DNA of 63,177 nt, counting the filler, from Choristocarpus tenellus KU-1152 (Eukaryota > Protista > Phaeophyceae), in the NCBI GenBank assembly GCA_964200185.2. It is 13 parts of 13 records of this genome, joined end to end, with 100 filler letters (N's around TTAATTAATTAA, not from the genome) between each part and the next. Parts side by side here need not be neighbours in the genome. Positions count along the whole stretch, not along the records: positions 24,110 to 29,088 come from CAXNAD020012296.1; positions 29,189 to 32,811 come from CAXNAD020018897.1; positions 32,912 to 35,738 come from CAXNAD020024404.1; positions 35,839 to 41,330 come from CAXNAD020010619.1; 9 more parts are not named here. One strand, given 5' to 3'. A model generated the notes under the pieces. The model ran no database searches. It was not told where the DNA came from and saw nothing but the letters and a program-made list of their open reading frames with translations. Shown here piece after piece: positions 26,769 to 39,446 of the stretch. Position numbers and translations under genes: made by a program. Each line of letters starts with the position of its first letter. Positions within the stretch are counted from its first letter, which is position 1.

Positions 26769-28919
26769 ATGGCCCAGGCGGAGGAGATACAGGAAGGAGT
26801 CAGGGGTATGCCCAAAAGCGCATTTGGCTTTGTGAGTCTTCCTTTGGCACGGTTATTTTGGAGTTTGTATATATGTTGATACCGTCTTTTCATGCCGACA
26901 TATTGATCATGTTGTGGATGTTCCACAGCTCAGAGGTTGTTGTTTCACAGGGGAAAGGACCCACACGAATACATTCACATCAATACCATTGCCCACAACA
27001 GCGCAATATCAAGCCGATGACCCGACCGGAGCGGAGGACACTGAAGGATAAGGTGGCGCTGGAAAGATCGAGACTAATGCAGGTTAGGACGTTTGACTTC
27101 CCTCGGCGACCGCACGGAGGGGATTACATTGGCCACTCTTTGCAACGCTGCCAGATACTTAATGACAAACAAAACCTCTTCTATCTTCCACTCTCCACCT
27201 AATTATTCTTTCAACTAGTAGAGAGCAGGACAAGCTGCGAAGATGTATCGCGACAACATGCCACCTGAAGGGGTTTCTCTCACGGAGCTCACCTCTGGGG
27301 CCGCAGGGTTCATTGCAGGTAAGCTATGATGATCGCAGGTTCTTCGAAAACGGAACACATTGGCGACTCTAGACGACAAGATTATACTGCATAGAGTAGT
27401 TTTGGTTAGGTTTTTTGTACATAGCCAACAGGCATGCTTGTTCTCTGCATATATGTACCTATATTTGCGACCTAAGATCTAACACCTACTGCACCTTTCT
27501 TCCTACGCAAAGATGCGGACCGGTTTCATTCGGACACCGTGGGGGAGGAGCATCTTCGCAGGCGAGCAGAGTATCAGCACAAGACAAAAATAAATGAGAA
27601 CAAACGGCAGGCATGAATAGGAGAGGGAACGAAATTGCACAGGAAATTATAATATCTGGATGTATCATGACTAGCCATCATTTACATCTTACACACGTGG
27701 AAGAAGTTAGTCCCGAAGGGCTGTCCAACATGCTTTGTTGTTGCTGCGGTGGGTTTCTTGCTTCACGTTGTGTTTCAAGCCCTGGTAGTACTAATGCATT
27801 GAGGGGAAAGGGTTTAGGTTAGGGAAATGAATTTTTGGCATTACATTTTGGCTTTTGTGGGGTTTCAAAATGAACTAAAAACACAAGAGTCTCTTGTACA
27901 AAAGAATCAGTTCACACAAGCTTTGAGTGGAAACAAAATCAGAAGGCAGCACCAAATTAGGGTATATACTCAGAGTATATATATCTGGAGTGAGACCTAG
28001 AGCTCTCTTTAAGTGAAAGTATCTTAGAGGGTACGAGTTTTTCCCTGTTTGTCCGTTTGGGGCTTGGCTCCAAAACGAGTTTCTTATGACATTTTCCTAC
28101 TCCAAAATTTTTCAGAGTAGGTAAAATATATACGTTTTGGAGTAGGTATCACGTATAAAACTAGAAAAGGTGTATCCAGAACAAGGGTATTGACACTTCC
28201 TAACTAAACACAATAACCAAAATTACATCAAAATCGCAACATTGGATTTTGGCTCCCAAACGGACGCGGCTCTACCCTCTGAGATACTTTGACTCTTTGC
28301 CTTCTTGCACTTTGGCAGGGTATAATTTTCTTTCAGTTTTTGCCTGACAATAGAACACTTGGTACACATTGCCGGGACTGGGGGCACCTATGCAGAGGGA
28401 CTGCGACCACATCCAACTTCAGAGTACTTGCACCAACAAGCGCTGTGAATTACAGTGGTTGGATCGCTACGATTAAATTCAATTGAGATCACTCGAAACT
28501 GAAAATGGAGGGGGGACAACTTATATTTATTGTTTATTCACACATGGTTTGAATAACATTGACTTAATTAATGTACCTATTGAGCCGGTCAAACTTGCAC
28601 TCGTTTTTTATTTTCTCATAACAATGGTGATGAACCACAATCCAAACCTTTCTCACCCCTTGCTATGCCCAGAGTTTTCCGTCCTTCTATCTCTTTCGCA
28701 GAAGGAGACTGTCTCTCACTTGGCCCTCTCATGCATCCTCCATTGCAACGCTTTCCCCCCCCCGCCCCTGCAGTTGAGGATGGTCCGTGAAGAAAAGCGT
28801 TGGGTTGATATGGAGCAACGACAGGAGGAGGACGAGCAGCGATGGTCTAAGTTGAGGGAGGATGGGGAGAAGGCCAAGAAGAACCTATCCGGTGTTCCGT
28901 ACAACATGATCAACATGAG
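26769..28919 (+). CDS. Uncharacterised charged coiled-coil protein, 3' truncated; exons approximately 26769-26831, 26951-27082, 27222-27318, 27513-27610, 28774-28919
   Basis: In-frame joins give MAQAEE...AFGF|GKGPTRIHSHQYH...RSRLMQ|RAGQAAKMYRD...AAGFIA(D)|ADRFHSDTVGEEHLRRRAEYQHK...KRQ|LRMVREEKRWVDMEQRQEEDEQRW...SGVPYNMINM. The model needs a GC donor at 27611. Confidence 0.65.
28011..28295 (+). mobile_element. MITE family A, intronic, with a small internal insertion, TSD TTT
   Basis: Same TIRs and interior as the other family A copies. Confidence 0.9.
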
Positions 28920-29693
28920 GTTTGTGCCTTTTTACCTGCAGCACGAAGAGGAAGTAGTGTACACAACTTCAAAAGTAGCGTAACAGCAAAAGGGGTATGT
29001 ATATCTGGTAGTGGTGACTCAAAGTATCTGGGAGGGGGTGGCGGCTGTCCATTTGGGGTCAAATTTTTCCTGTCCCGATTTTTAGGTTNNNNNNNNNNNN
29101 NNNNNNNNNNNNNNNNNNNNNNNNNNNNNNNNTTAATTAATTAANNNNNNNNNNNNNNNNNNNNNNNNNNNNNNNNNNNNNNNNNNNNTGTGGATTCTTG
29201 CTATTTTGTCTGCTTAAGGGGCTTGCCATGCGGCGCCTGACACCTCGTTTTTTCATGGTCCAAGTTCAGGTATACCTCATCAGGAGACTGTGTATGTAAG
29301 AGAAACGACACTAGAGCTCTGCAGCAGATGGATGTTTTGCGATGGGATTGGAGGATGTAGGGATGTACATAAGCAAATAAAAAAAAACAGCCACAGGGGA
29401 CCCCTCACAAAACAACGGCACCCCTCTTTAGGATAGATACTACTCATTAACTCACCGCCTTCTAAAACAAGCGCCTCTTGAACCTCACGTTCAATGAACA
29501 TTCCCTAACCCTAAAAATAACAGGGGTCAGTTAGAGCAAGGCAAAATCATTCACCACACAGGCAGTGCAGCACAACCGAGACAAAATAAAACTTCCACAG
29601 CAAAATCTGAGGTGTACCTTACACCGTCAAAGACAAGGTACAATGGTGACTACCGTTAATTCACACCATGCCATGGTCACCATAGCCACGCAC

Positions 29694-32600
29694 CTGACGC
29701 TTGGTCTCATCAAAAGTAGCCTCATGTATCAGCAACGCTGCTCCCTTACCCTCATCAACCAGGTCATCACTCGGCCGACAGTCCCCACTGTAGACCAGCT
29801 TCCAATCCCCACCCTTCCTCACCAATGTTCCTTCCTCATTAGCACCTCCAACCCCCAGCCCCCCACTCGCAACTGCCTCCGCCAAGGCAGTTGCACCAGC
29901 AGCCACAGTAAGCACAAGCCCATAAGAATGTGGACAGTGAGGAACGAGCACGCTGGTAGCCTTCAAAACTCCCAAGCGACGCATCACTTTGTCAACAGTC
30001 ATCGCCGAAGCCATTGCCTGGATAACACCCCCTCCCGAACTGGCTCCCACAGTCCAGGAACCAGCCCCAGAGCTGCCACGCAAACGCCTCGCATGACCTC
30101 GAAACCCATTAGATTGTCCCGGGTCACCACACCCAACGTTATGCACCCAAGGCATATCTGTCCCTGTCAGATGGGCTGGAGGTGGGGGTTGTAAAGGGCC
30201 GGGGGGTAAAGGTGGTTTGGATCCAGCCATTGCCACAGAGCCTGCCACAGAGCCAATGCCCATGTCTTCCAGACCTGATCCGCATCTCAGCACAGAAGGG
30301 TCTGACCCTAGAGCTGGAGTACTTGGTCCCAGAACCAAGGGGCATTGCCCCAGAGCTCCTGTTCTGCCCAAAGTTTTTCGTTGCCCATCAGCAGTCATTT
30401 GTGCCACATCCAAAAAGTCATAGGAGCCACAGATACTAGAATCCAGAACGGCATACTCCTGAAGAGATAGTATGATTAAGACTAGGGTTCAGTGAGGGAG
30501 AATCAGGGTTAGGGAAGGATTATAAAGTCACAAGGTAAAGGGTAGTGTTGTGGACCAATTGATTCAAAACTAGAAGAAGCAAATAATCGAGAGGGTATTT
30601 TATTGCACGCTTGGCATCAAAACAATTCAAAACAGTGTAGTAGTACAAAGGCATGACACCAGGAATTGCACAGTTTCAAATGTCAGACCAATCAGGCATT
30701 CTAGTTCATTTGTACAATGCAACCGCCCCGGGGCGGGATCAATACACGCCTCCAACAGAAGGGTCCATCCAAAACATTTTGCTTTCACAGAGAGCTGCTG
30801 GATCGCACTTCTAGTAATGGAAAATATGCCAGATCTCACCCCCCTCAATCCATACAACTTGCTCAGTTGCTTCCATGACAAAGGAGCTCCACCCCACCTA
30901 TTTGCTATTGCCTGACTAGGGTGTATTACCAGATGATTGAAGCACCGACCTTGAAATAGAGGACTTTTTTGGTTGATCATAGTGTTCACTTTAACCTATT
31001 AGAAATAGGGCCACTCACACTTGTGAAATGCCCACTTCTAGTTCCATTTTTTCAATTCCAGGTCAGGGTGGGAAAGCCTACGATAAATATAAATAAATAT
31101 ATATATATATAAAACAAATCCCAGGGCTTAGGACCATCTTCAAAAAGCTTACAGATTTTATGTGGCATCTTGGCAACTAATTCAATGTTACACACCTCTC
31201 CACTACTTTTAAATAGAGTGCATTAAATAGAGTGCAGTGATCATCTCTAACGTACCGTGGATGTCTTTTTCTAGTAGGAAACATGTGTGAAGAACCAATT
31301 GTCTGCCCCAAAACCATCAAAGGATTAGCGTTTCAGGATGAGTCCCCCTTCCTGTAAAGAAATCACCGCATATATGTGCACATAAGGTGATGTATGCAAT
31401 TACTTCCATTTCCTGGACGGGTATATTATGCGAACCCCAATAGAAGTATGAATAGTTTGTCCGAGTTAGACGGTCCAGTCTTATCTTATCAGCAATGTTT
31501 ACTCATGTTCTGTTCCTACTGGGTTATGCCAATTCTCTACAACCCCCCCCCCCCCCCCGTCCCCAGTACAAAGAAAATGTCCTTTCATGGAAAATTGAGC
31601 ACTATTGACATGAACTATAGACAATCTGGATCACCTCAATGGCAAGACTACATGGAGCAAATGTGACTCTTTCTGAAGTGAAAGGCAGTAGGACTGTACA
31701 TACATTGAAGCAATCCAATCCTAAATATACTAAATTTTGTAATTAAGAGTCATATTGCTGTACAAACCTCCCGTGGGAAGCTACCAATTATGTGTACAAA
31801 CGCCTAACATGGTGGTGAGAGGCCAAACGGTCCATTATTTTGTACACCATTCATGCCAACAATAAAGGTACAAACTCCTATATATCTCTCTCCACCCTAC
31901 GCTATTGAAAATAAAATCAAAATGTGGACAATAAAAGGTACGCTGCCAACACCAGGTTTTGGCAGCAAGGAAAAGCTTCTGTGGGGGCCATGACCCACCA
32001 TAACACTGACCAATCACATCTTAGTGATTGCTGATACCGCGCTTTCGATACCCTATAGTATCTAGCCATAAATCGAATTATTGGTAACACGATAACAACT
32101 CTACCACAGAGTGCAAAACAATTTAAATGTAGCATATTCTTCTTATTATTATTATTATTATTATACACCCCATAAAAAAGAAGTCATAGAGTCGGCAAAA
32201 CAGTGTGACTACATTGGTAGAAACCAACCGATCAATGCAGCAATCAATATACACCATCAGGGGTACTTATATAGGCATATACTTGTGATATACCTTACAA
32301 TGCTGTGCCGTAACACTGATCCCCCCAATAACCTTTGTTGGTGGGAATATTTCCTATACCTCATATAGGAATATTTCCATCAAAATCAGTACACTGTCGA
32401 TCTTTAGACAGTATTTACTTCCCGGATAACATTAAAAAAGCAATAAGGCGTCATTCCATCGGGAATTTTAAAAAATCACAGAAACTTGAGAGTCGAAGAA
32501 CCCAATACACATTTTATTTTAAATTGCGTCGATCAAATGTACATTTAAATACAAATTTTGAAACACGCACTACCAACAAAATACCACAGATTTAATTTTT

Positions 32601-32811
32601 CTTACCCCCTCTCCTCCCCCCCGCCCCTCCCCAACTCCAAAAAGTCTTGTGTTCTCAGGGTTTACCAAGTGCCATACACCAGATAATCATGCATACACCC
32701 ACCTCCAGCCACCTAGCCACTGAGGCTGGTGCCATGAGAAGCAGCTTTGGCACCCCCCCTCCCCCTCCCCCCGGCTCACCCCTCAAGAAAATCCCTTCCG
32801 GATGATCCCCT
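29694..32811 (-). CDS. tRNase Z (ELAC2/Trz1-like metallo-beta-lactamase), internal part; exons 32811-32703 and 30458-29694
   Basis: LLLMAPASVARWLE|EYAVLDSS...VPHCPHSYGLVL...WKLVYSGDCRPSDDLVDEGKGAALLIHEATFDE contains the tRNase Z SGD and HEAT motifs. Confidence 0.9.
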
Positions 32812-33116
32812 NNNNNNNNNNNNNNNNNNNNNNNNNNNNNNNNNNNNNNNNNNNNTTAATTAATTAANNNNNNNNNNNNNNNNNNNNNNNNNNNNNNNNN
32901 NNNNNNNNNNNCCCACTTCCCCCCCCACACCCTCCCCCACCCCCACCCACACAAAAACACCAAAAAAAAAAAAACAACCCCACGAGCCCCCCCCCCCCCC
33001 CCCCCCCCCAGATACTTTGAGCCTCAGCACAATCCTCCTCATGCCAGACTTCTCTTCCTCTGTAGTGGATAATACTCTGGAGTACTGCGTTGCGAATGGT
33101 TGTGTCAGATGGATAA

Positions 33117-33197
33117 AACCCTAACCCTAACCATAACCCTCAATAAACCCCAACCAACATTAAACCCTAACCAACATTAAACCCTAACCCTAACCCC
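33117..33197 (+). repeat. Interstitial telomere-like (CCCTAA)n tract; a shorter one lies at 24305-24322
   Basis: Perfect and degenerate CCCTAA units. Confidence 0.75.
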
Positions 33198-33359
33198 AGG
33201 ACTTCCTCGAGTAAAACCTAAATACCTTATTTTTTGGACTCTACTTTGTCAGACTGTTGGTCCTTTGATTGATGCGCCCTTCTCGATATTACTCTGACAT
33301 TAATGACCCTCCAAAATAAATACTCTGACTTTAATCATGTTGCCGTGTGTGTAACTCAG

Positions 33360-33460
33360 GTGGCGATTGTGATGGAACAGGCCCTAAGACTGCTGCACTC
33401 GTGTGGGATGCCTCTAGAAGATCTTGACTTCATTAATTGCAGTGGCAAACTCATGCATGG
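33360..33460 (+). CDS. Single internal exon of ALDH12-type delta-1-pyrroline-5-carboxylate dehydrogenase (P5CDH)
   Basis: The AG/GT-bounded exon encodes VAIVMEQALRLLHSCGMPLEDLDFINCSGKLMH, which matches my recollection of the plant/algal ALDH12A1 segment (VSIVMEQ.LRLLH.CG.P.EDVDFINSDG). Confidence 0.8.
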
Positions 33461-35499
33461 GTGGGTGGAGAGCCTTTTTCTTGACTGCTGTGAAGTACAT
33501 ACAAATAGTCATGTTGTCGGATCCTCAAGTTCTTAAAAGGCAAAGGAAGCCCCTTGTGATGGTGACCAGCAAACACACTCTTAAGGGAGAAAAACTGTTT
33601 GTAGACTCCCTCTGTAAGAATGGAGTGCTAATCACATCTGTCTCACATAATACACAAATTGTTGGTGAAACATTGAAATATTTGAATCCACAAACTGTCA
33701 CCGCTGGGGACCAGACCCAGGCCTATCCCTGTAGTTCTTGTCGATTCCCCATGCTATTGACATATTGACATTAAAGGTGCATCTCCCATTATATCATTGA
33801 TTGATGGTATGTACATTAGTGGGAGGGGGCCAGCAAAAGAACAATAAAATCGTCTCAAGGGGGTACGGACCTCTATCACCCCAGCCCTGTCCGAGCTCAA
33901 TGTCTGACTAAGATCCCAACAATATGGCGCTGGTCATCTAGGTTTCTAAAGTCAACACAGCCTAGAGTGACACAGTTCACAGGAAGTTCCAAGGTGGCAG
34001 AGGTGCTGGCTCAGGACCTCCATGGCAAGGTGCTTCCCCCCCCCCCCCCCACTTGATAATATATATATTTTTATAGGNNNNNNNNNNCCACGGGGCGGAG
34101 GGTCGCGCTCCCGACCTCCCTCTCAAGGTGTCTCCCCCCCCCCCCCCCCCTCACTTGATAATATATATATTTTTATAGGCTGGCATTGTATTGTTCCTTT
34201 TTTTTGTCATTACTTTTGTTGTCAATTCTACACTTAGAAGCATATAGTGCAACCCTGATGCTAGTTCCAACCCTCAAAGTCGAATCCGTGCTAGTTCAAT
34301 ACTGAGTAGTATAATTGTATGTGATACATAGAAATAGGGTTGCTACATGGTATATTGAATTTATGGCACCCTCTACTCCAGTAGGTGATACCTGAAGTAT
34401 TGTGTTGTCATCAGTTGCATTTTTTGTGGAAACTGGGTGATGAATATTTCTAAGTAACAGAATGATCTGTCTGTCATGATGTTGGGGTTCATTTCTAACG
34501 GGATATTCTGCACTAGCTGAGAATGAATACCTACATACATGTATACACACTTCGAAGCATGCACTCCAGAGTAACTTTGTGAACATACACAGAGTTTCTA
34601 TTTGTACTCAAAGCTCTCTTTATATGTAGCCATGCGTTAATTTAAGGTAAAGGACCGGATCACTTGGCATAGCCGTAAAAATTCCTCTATTCCATGGGAT
34701 GGGTGTAAGTGTTTGAACGATACATCAGCCCAATTCGGCTCAGTGTGATCCAGTTCCATATCTGTTCGTGGATTGATGCCTCTTGCATATACTTCATATT
34801 TATGTTTCTCATTTGCCGTTTCTTTGTGTGATAACGTTGTCTTAGACCCCCCTATGTGCGCGTTATTGTTGTCACAAAACCTATTGGATCATAACCTCAT
34901 AAGGGATGGGTGCTATTGCAGCTCTGTCCATAGAGGAGGTTGGGAAATGAACCCATGTTAAACCCCTGAAAAGATTGTCGTAACTGCTACAATGAATACA
35001 GTAGCGGAGCTGTAAGGGCGGATGGAACAGTTGCCGAATGATATCTCGGTTACTGAGACCACCTACGTTGGTTCCAAGCAGGCACTGAAATTGTTGACCC
35101 ATTTTGCTTTGGTATATCGTCTGCGCACAAAGTCTGTACAATCATGGATATACAAACAAGTTTGACTCCAGTGAACCAAGCCAGGTGACATCTCAATATC
35201 AAGGAACAATCATGGTGGGGTGTTTGTTGTTTGCCTGTTATGTGTACTCATTCACCTTGGTACTCTGAAAACTGTCTTTGACGCTCCACCTTATTACGCT
35301 AGAAACAGCTCATGTAAATACTGAGAGAGGCGACAAATCTAGTTGTGTAGGCCTTGCTTGGCAGTCGATTTTCCTGAAAGAGTTTTGAGATTGTACCACC
35401 CTGATGGCGTGTTTGTGTTTGCTGTTGGTGCTCGGTTCATTAATCTTGGTTATGCTCTGTTCATAGATTGGTCGATGCATCCATAGTCCTTTACATTTG

Positions 35500-35670
35500 G
35501 GCTCAAAGTATCTAGGGGGGGGGGTGGGGTTCTACACCAGATTGTCCATTTGGACCCTGATCAGGAGAAGTGCACTTACATTATCCGTCCGACACATGCA
35601 ACCAATCACACAAAAATCGCGACATGGAAAAATGGGTCCCAAATGGACAGCCGCCCCCCCCCCCCCCCCC
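35500..35670. mobile_element. MITE family B lacking one terminus
   Basis: GGCTCAAAGTATCT-polyG, then a B interior, ending in polyC. Confidence 0.85.
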
Positions 35671-35838
35671 CACATAACACTACCCTTCTATATAATCTAT
35701 TAATGACCTTCTTTTCCGCCTTGCTTTTATATAAAAAANNNNNNNNNNNNNNNNNNNNNNNNNNNNNNNNNNNNNNNNNNNNTTAATTAATTAANNNNNN
35801 NNNNNNNNNNNNNNNNNNNNNNNNNNNNNNNNNNNNNN

Positions 35839-36068
35839 GGGTAGAGCCGTGTCCATTTGGGGCAAAAATCTAATGTTGCAATTTTGATGTAATTTTGGCT
35901 ATCATGTTGTTAGGAGATGTCAATTATCCTTGTTCTGGACACTCCTTTTCATTTTATCTTACTCCGAAACATTTTGGAATAAGTAGAATGTCATTTAAAA
36001 CCCGTGAGAAGCCAAGCCCCAATTGTACAAACAGGGCAAAAATCGTACCCTCTGAGATAGTTTCACTC
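35839..36068 (-). mobile_element. MITE family A, cut by contig start
   Basis: Family A interior with the ...AGATAGTTTCACTC end. Confidence 0.88.
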
Positions 36069-36327
36069 CAATAGCCTTGCAACCCGAGGGAATATCTGCA
36101 ACACTGAAGGTACCTGTGTCCAATAAACCATCCAAATCCTTCGACATAGCCTCTTCCCATACTGACCAGTATTCAGACTTTCGAACCTCAGCATATGACT
36201 GTGGGGCTGATCCCAACTCAGAAACATGACGAGAATGAAGGGGGGTACACAATAACACAGACTTGGGCGTGGGCTGTACAGCCAGGGCATAAGCAACATT
36301 TTCCTCTCTACATTGGCAATGAGGGAC

Positions 36328-36585
36328 GAGTGAAAGTATCTTAGAGGGTACGAGTTTTGCCCTGTTTGTCCATTTGGGGCTTGGCTTCCCATGGGTTATT
36401 TTATGAGATTTTCCCACTTCAAAAGTTTAGGGATAGTTAAAATGTATACTTTATGAAACGTGTGTCCAGAATAAGGATATGGACACTTCCTAACCAACAC
36501 GATAGCCAAAATAACATCAATATAGTAACATTGACTTTTGGCCCCCCAAATGGACGCAGCTCTACCCTCTAAGATACTCTGGCTC
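36328..36585 (+). mobile_element. MITE family A, TSD GGAC, inside copia relic
   Basis: TIRs plus a 4-bp flanking duplication. Confidence 0.92.
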
Positions 36586-38221
36586 GGACATCACATAACC
36601 AACACCTGCACTCCCTTCCACTCTGGCACGCGTTTCCTGTCTAGTCCTACTCAACTCAATGCAAGGTTTATGAGCTGGATTGGGAGAATTGGCTTCGAGC
36701 TGGCGAGCTTCAGTACGGGCAGCCATTGGGCCAGCACCTGCCTGAGGTAGGTGCTGTGAATTCAACGGTGAGATATGTCCTATACTCCCTTCACCGTCTT
36801 GGGTAGTGTCTCTGGACAGACTCATGTCAACCTTACCTCCGTTCCCATCACCAGGGGAAGGGTCAACAGTCAGATCCTTGACAATCTGGCCTATACTCTT
36901 CCTTCACCAAGGGGAGGAGAGCACAAGTCAAAAAGTCTCCTTTGTTGACAAAGGATGGCCACTCACCCTGTACAAACCTGTCCTCGCTTCTGTCGCTACA
37001 GGAAGAGTCATTAGATAGGGATGAAGTGGAGAAGCGAGCTGAACAAATAGACTGTACACCTTAATGGTGGGCCACCTGCTTCGGGATTGGAAAACTTGTC
37101 CCCGGAACGAGGGTTTGCATCAAGCCCTCTCCCCCCCTTTCGTAAAGCAGGGGCAACCTCTCCTACTGGGGCAAGACTTGGGTCACTAGCGGACAGCCAG
37201 GTCAGGTTACACATAGTAGCAATGGCACCTGTTGGAGAAAGAATACGGTACGTATCACGGGAGTGATTGATCCCTGGTCCCAGGTAAAAACACCTTTGAA
37301 CCTTTTGGAACGTCTTACGGGTCTTACTGAGACGGCAAAAACCAGGTTGAAGAAATTAGTAGGTTATCAGGGGTGCAGGGATGCCATGCCACAATTCATA
37401 CGGTGATTTACAACCAGGATTAGCCGTGGTCGATGTGCGATTGAGCGAGTCACAGACATAGTGTTGAGCCTCAGCCCAGAGAGAGTCTGTCTCGGGGATA
37501 GTGATATGGGGGAAACGTAATGGAGCTTGGAGGTGGGCAGCTATTGTGAAGCTTCATCAATCACCCAGCATTCGTTTAGCAACCCCATTATATTGAGGAC
37601 TGCCTGCAGGTGTGAACTCCTGTTTAATCCCGTGTTCACAGCAAAGATCACCGGAAGCTCCCTCATAAACCTCCCTGTCATTATCAGACCGCACACACAT
37701 GTCCCTAGAGGGAGAACCGTCAGCCTGGATATCGGCCAGGTACTACTTCCAGAAGGCTTCAACAGCATTCGACTCAAGACGAAATAAATACAAAAAAAAA
37801 CGAGAATAGTCGTCCCGAATTATCATGGTGTAACGGTTACCACTACGTTAAAGGGTAAACCTATTGCTGCTTGGATCGACAAAAACCTGCCCCAGTTTTC
37901 TCACCGCCTGTGAAGACGTGCTAGACGGGATCCCCTTTTCTTATGCCTTCTCTCACTGAGCAGTCAGTACATGCCTACAACTTGCCCATCAATGTAATGC
38001 CCATTGAAGAGGCAGTAGACTTGAGTAAAAGTCTCCTGAAAATGGCCATACGAGCAATGAAAAAGGGTAATGTCTGTTAAAACATAGGCTACTCATTCGA
38101 TTTGCCTTGATACGGTACAGTATCGTCAGTCCATACTGAACGTTGATTTGTCCATTGCAATGGTCGATATTCCCATTCACATCATTAGCTCATCATCACA
38201 ACTTATTCAATCACTGTCAGA

Positions 38222-38404
38222 GACCCAAAGTATCTGTGGGCGGGGGGGGGGGGTCTACATCAGGGTGTCCATTTGGGTAAAAAATCAAGAAAAGTTAATT
38301 TACATTATCCATCCGATGTATGCAACCAAATCACCCTAAAATCGTGACATGAAAAAATTGACCCCAAATGGACAGCCGCCAACCCCCCCCAGATACTTTG
38401 AGCC
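38222..38404. mobile_element. MITE family B, full copy, TSD AGA
   Basis: GACCCAAAGTATCT-polyG...polyC-AGATACTTTGAGCC. The empty site is present in the second LTR copy. Confidence 0.9.
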
Positions 38405-38604
38405 AGAACAACACAGTACATAGGAAGCATAGAGGAACAGTTGCTACGTATCACACATACAGACATACTATGTGCCACAGTAGTTACCTTAGAATATCAA
38501 TTCGAGTTTGCCTTGTTGTTTCTTCCTCGTTTTTCTTCCATTTTTACACAAGTTATCAGTAGCATAGCATGTATTGATTATTATTTTTTACTTGACTGGC
38601 ATTG

Positions 38605-38859
38605 GAGTGAAAGTATCTTAGAGGGTACGAGATTTGCCCTATTTGTCCGTTTGAGGCTTGCCTTCCCATGTTTTTTTTAATGAAATTTCCTACTCCAATT
38701 TTTTCGGAGTAGGTAAAGTGTTATGTTATAAAAAGGTGTGTCAGGAACAAGGACATTGACACTCCCTAACAACACGATAGCCAAAATTACATCAAAATCG
38801 CAACGTTGGAATTTGACCCTCAAATGGACGCGGCTCTACCCTCTAATATACTTTGGCTC
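38605..38859 (+). mobile_element. MITE family A, TSD ATTG, inside solo LTR
   Basis: TIRs are present. The empty site in the second LTR copy has a single ATTG. Confidence 0.93.
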
Positions 38860-39002
38860 ATTGCCCCCTCATAAGACATCCTATTCACTATATACAATAC
38901 GTACCAGACACAAGCCAGGATGCAATAATAATCAGAGTTAAACCCATCCTTCAAAACCCTTCTCAACTAAGGTAACAACCCCTCTTCACAGAGGATGATT
39001 TT

Positions 39003-39446
39003 GAGTGAAAGTTTCTTAGAGGGTACGAATTTTTCCCAGTTTGTACATTTAGGGCTTGGCTTCCCACGGGTTTTTAATGACATTTTCCTACTCCGAAATG
39101 GCCCAAAGTCTCTGGGGGGGGGGGTGGCGCCTGTCCATTTGCGGTCAATTTTTTCATGTCGTGATTTTTTGGTGATTTGGTTGCATACGTCCGATGGACA
39201 ATGAAAATGCCTTTTTCCTGATTTTGGCCCAAATAGACACCCTGGTGTAGACCCTCCCCTCCCCCCCCAGATACTTTGGGTCAAATGTTTTGAAGTCGGT
39301 AAAATAAATATGCTATGAAAATGTGTGTTCGGAACAAGGATATTGACACTTCCTAACAAACACAATATCCAAAATTATATCAAAGTCACAACATTGGATT
39401 TTGACCCCAAACGGACGGGACTCTACTCTTTAAGGTGCTTTGACTC
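39003..39446 (+). mobile_element. MITE family A, TSD TTT, split by a nested MITE B
   Basis: The two halves rejoin into a full A element when 39100-39282 and one AAAT are removed. Confidence 0.92.
39100..39282. mobile_element. MITE family B nested in MITE A, TSD AAAT
   Basis: TIRs, with AAAT duplicated in the loop of the A-element hairpin. Confidence 0.92.

Noticed and set aside
26221-26835. 204-aa ORF across the CYC1/partner interval
   Set aside because: It has a non-ATG start, overlaps CYC1 exon 1 in antisense and the partner's first exon out of frame, and has no recognisable motif.
29565-30194. 209-aa plus-strand ORF
   Set aside because: It is the antisense shadow of the GC-rich tRNase Z exon.
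34022-34180. Direct duplication around a 10-N gap
   Set aside because: It is most likely an overlap artefact of scaffolding at a poly-C tract.
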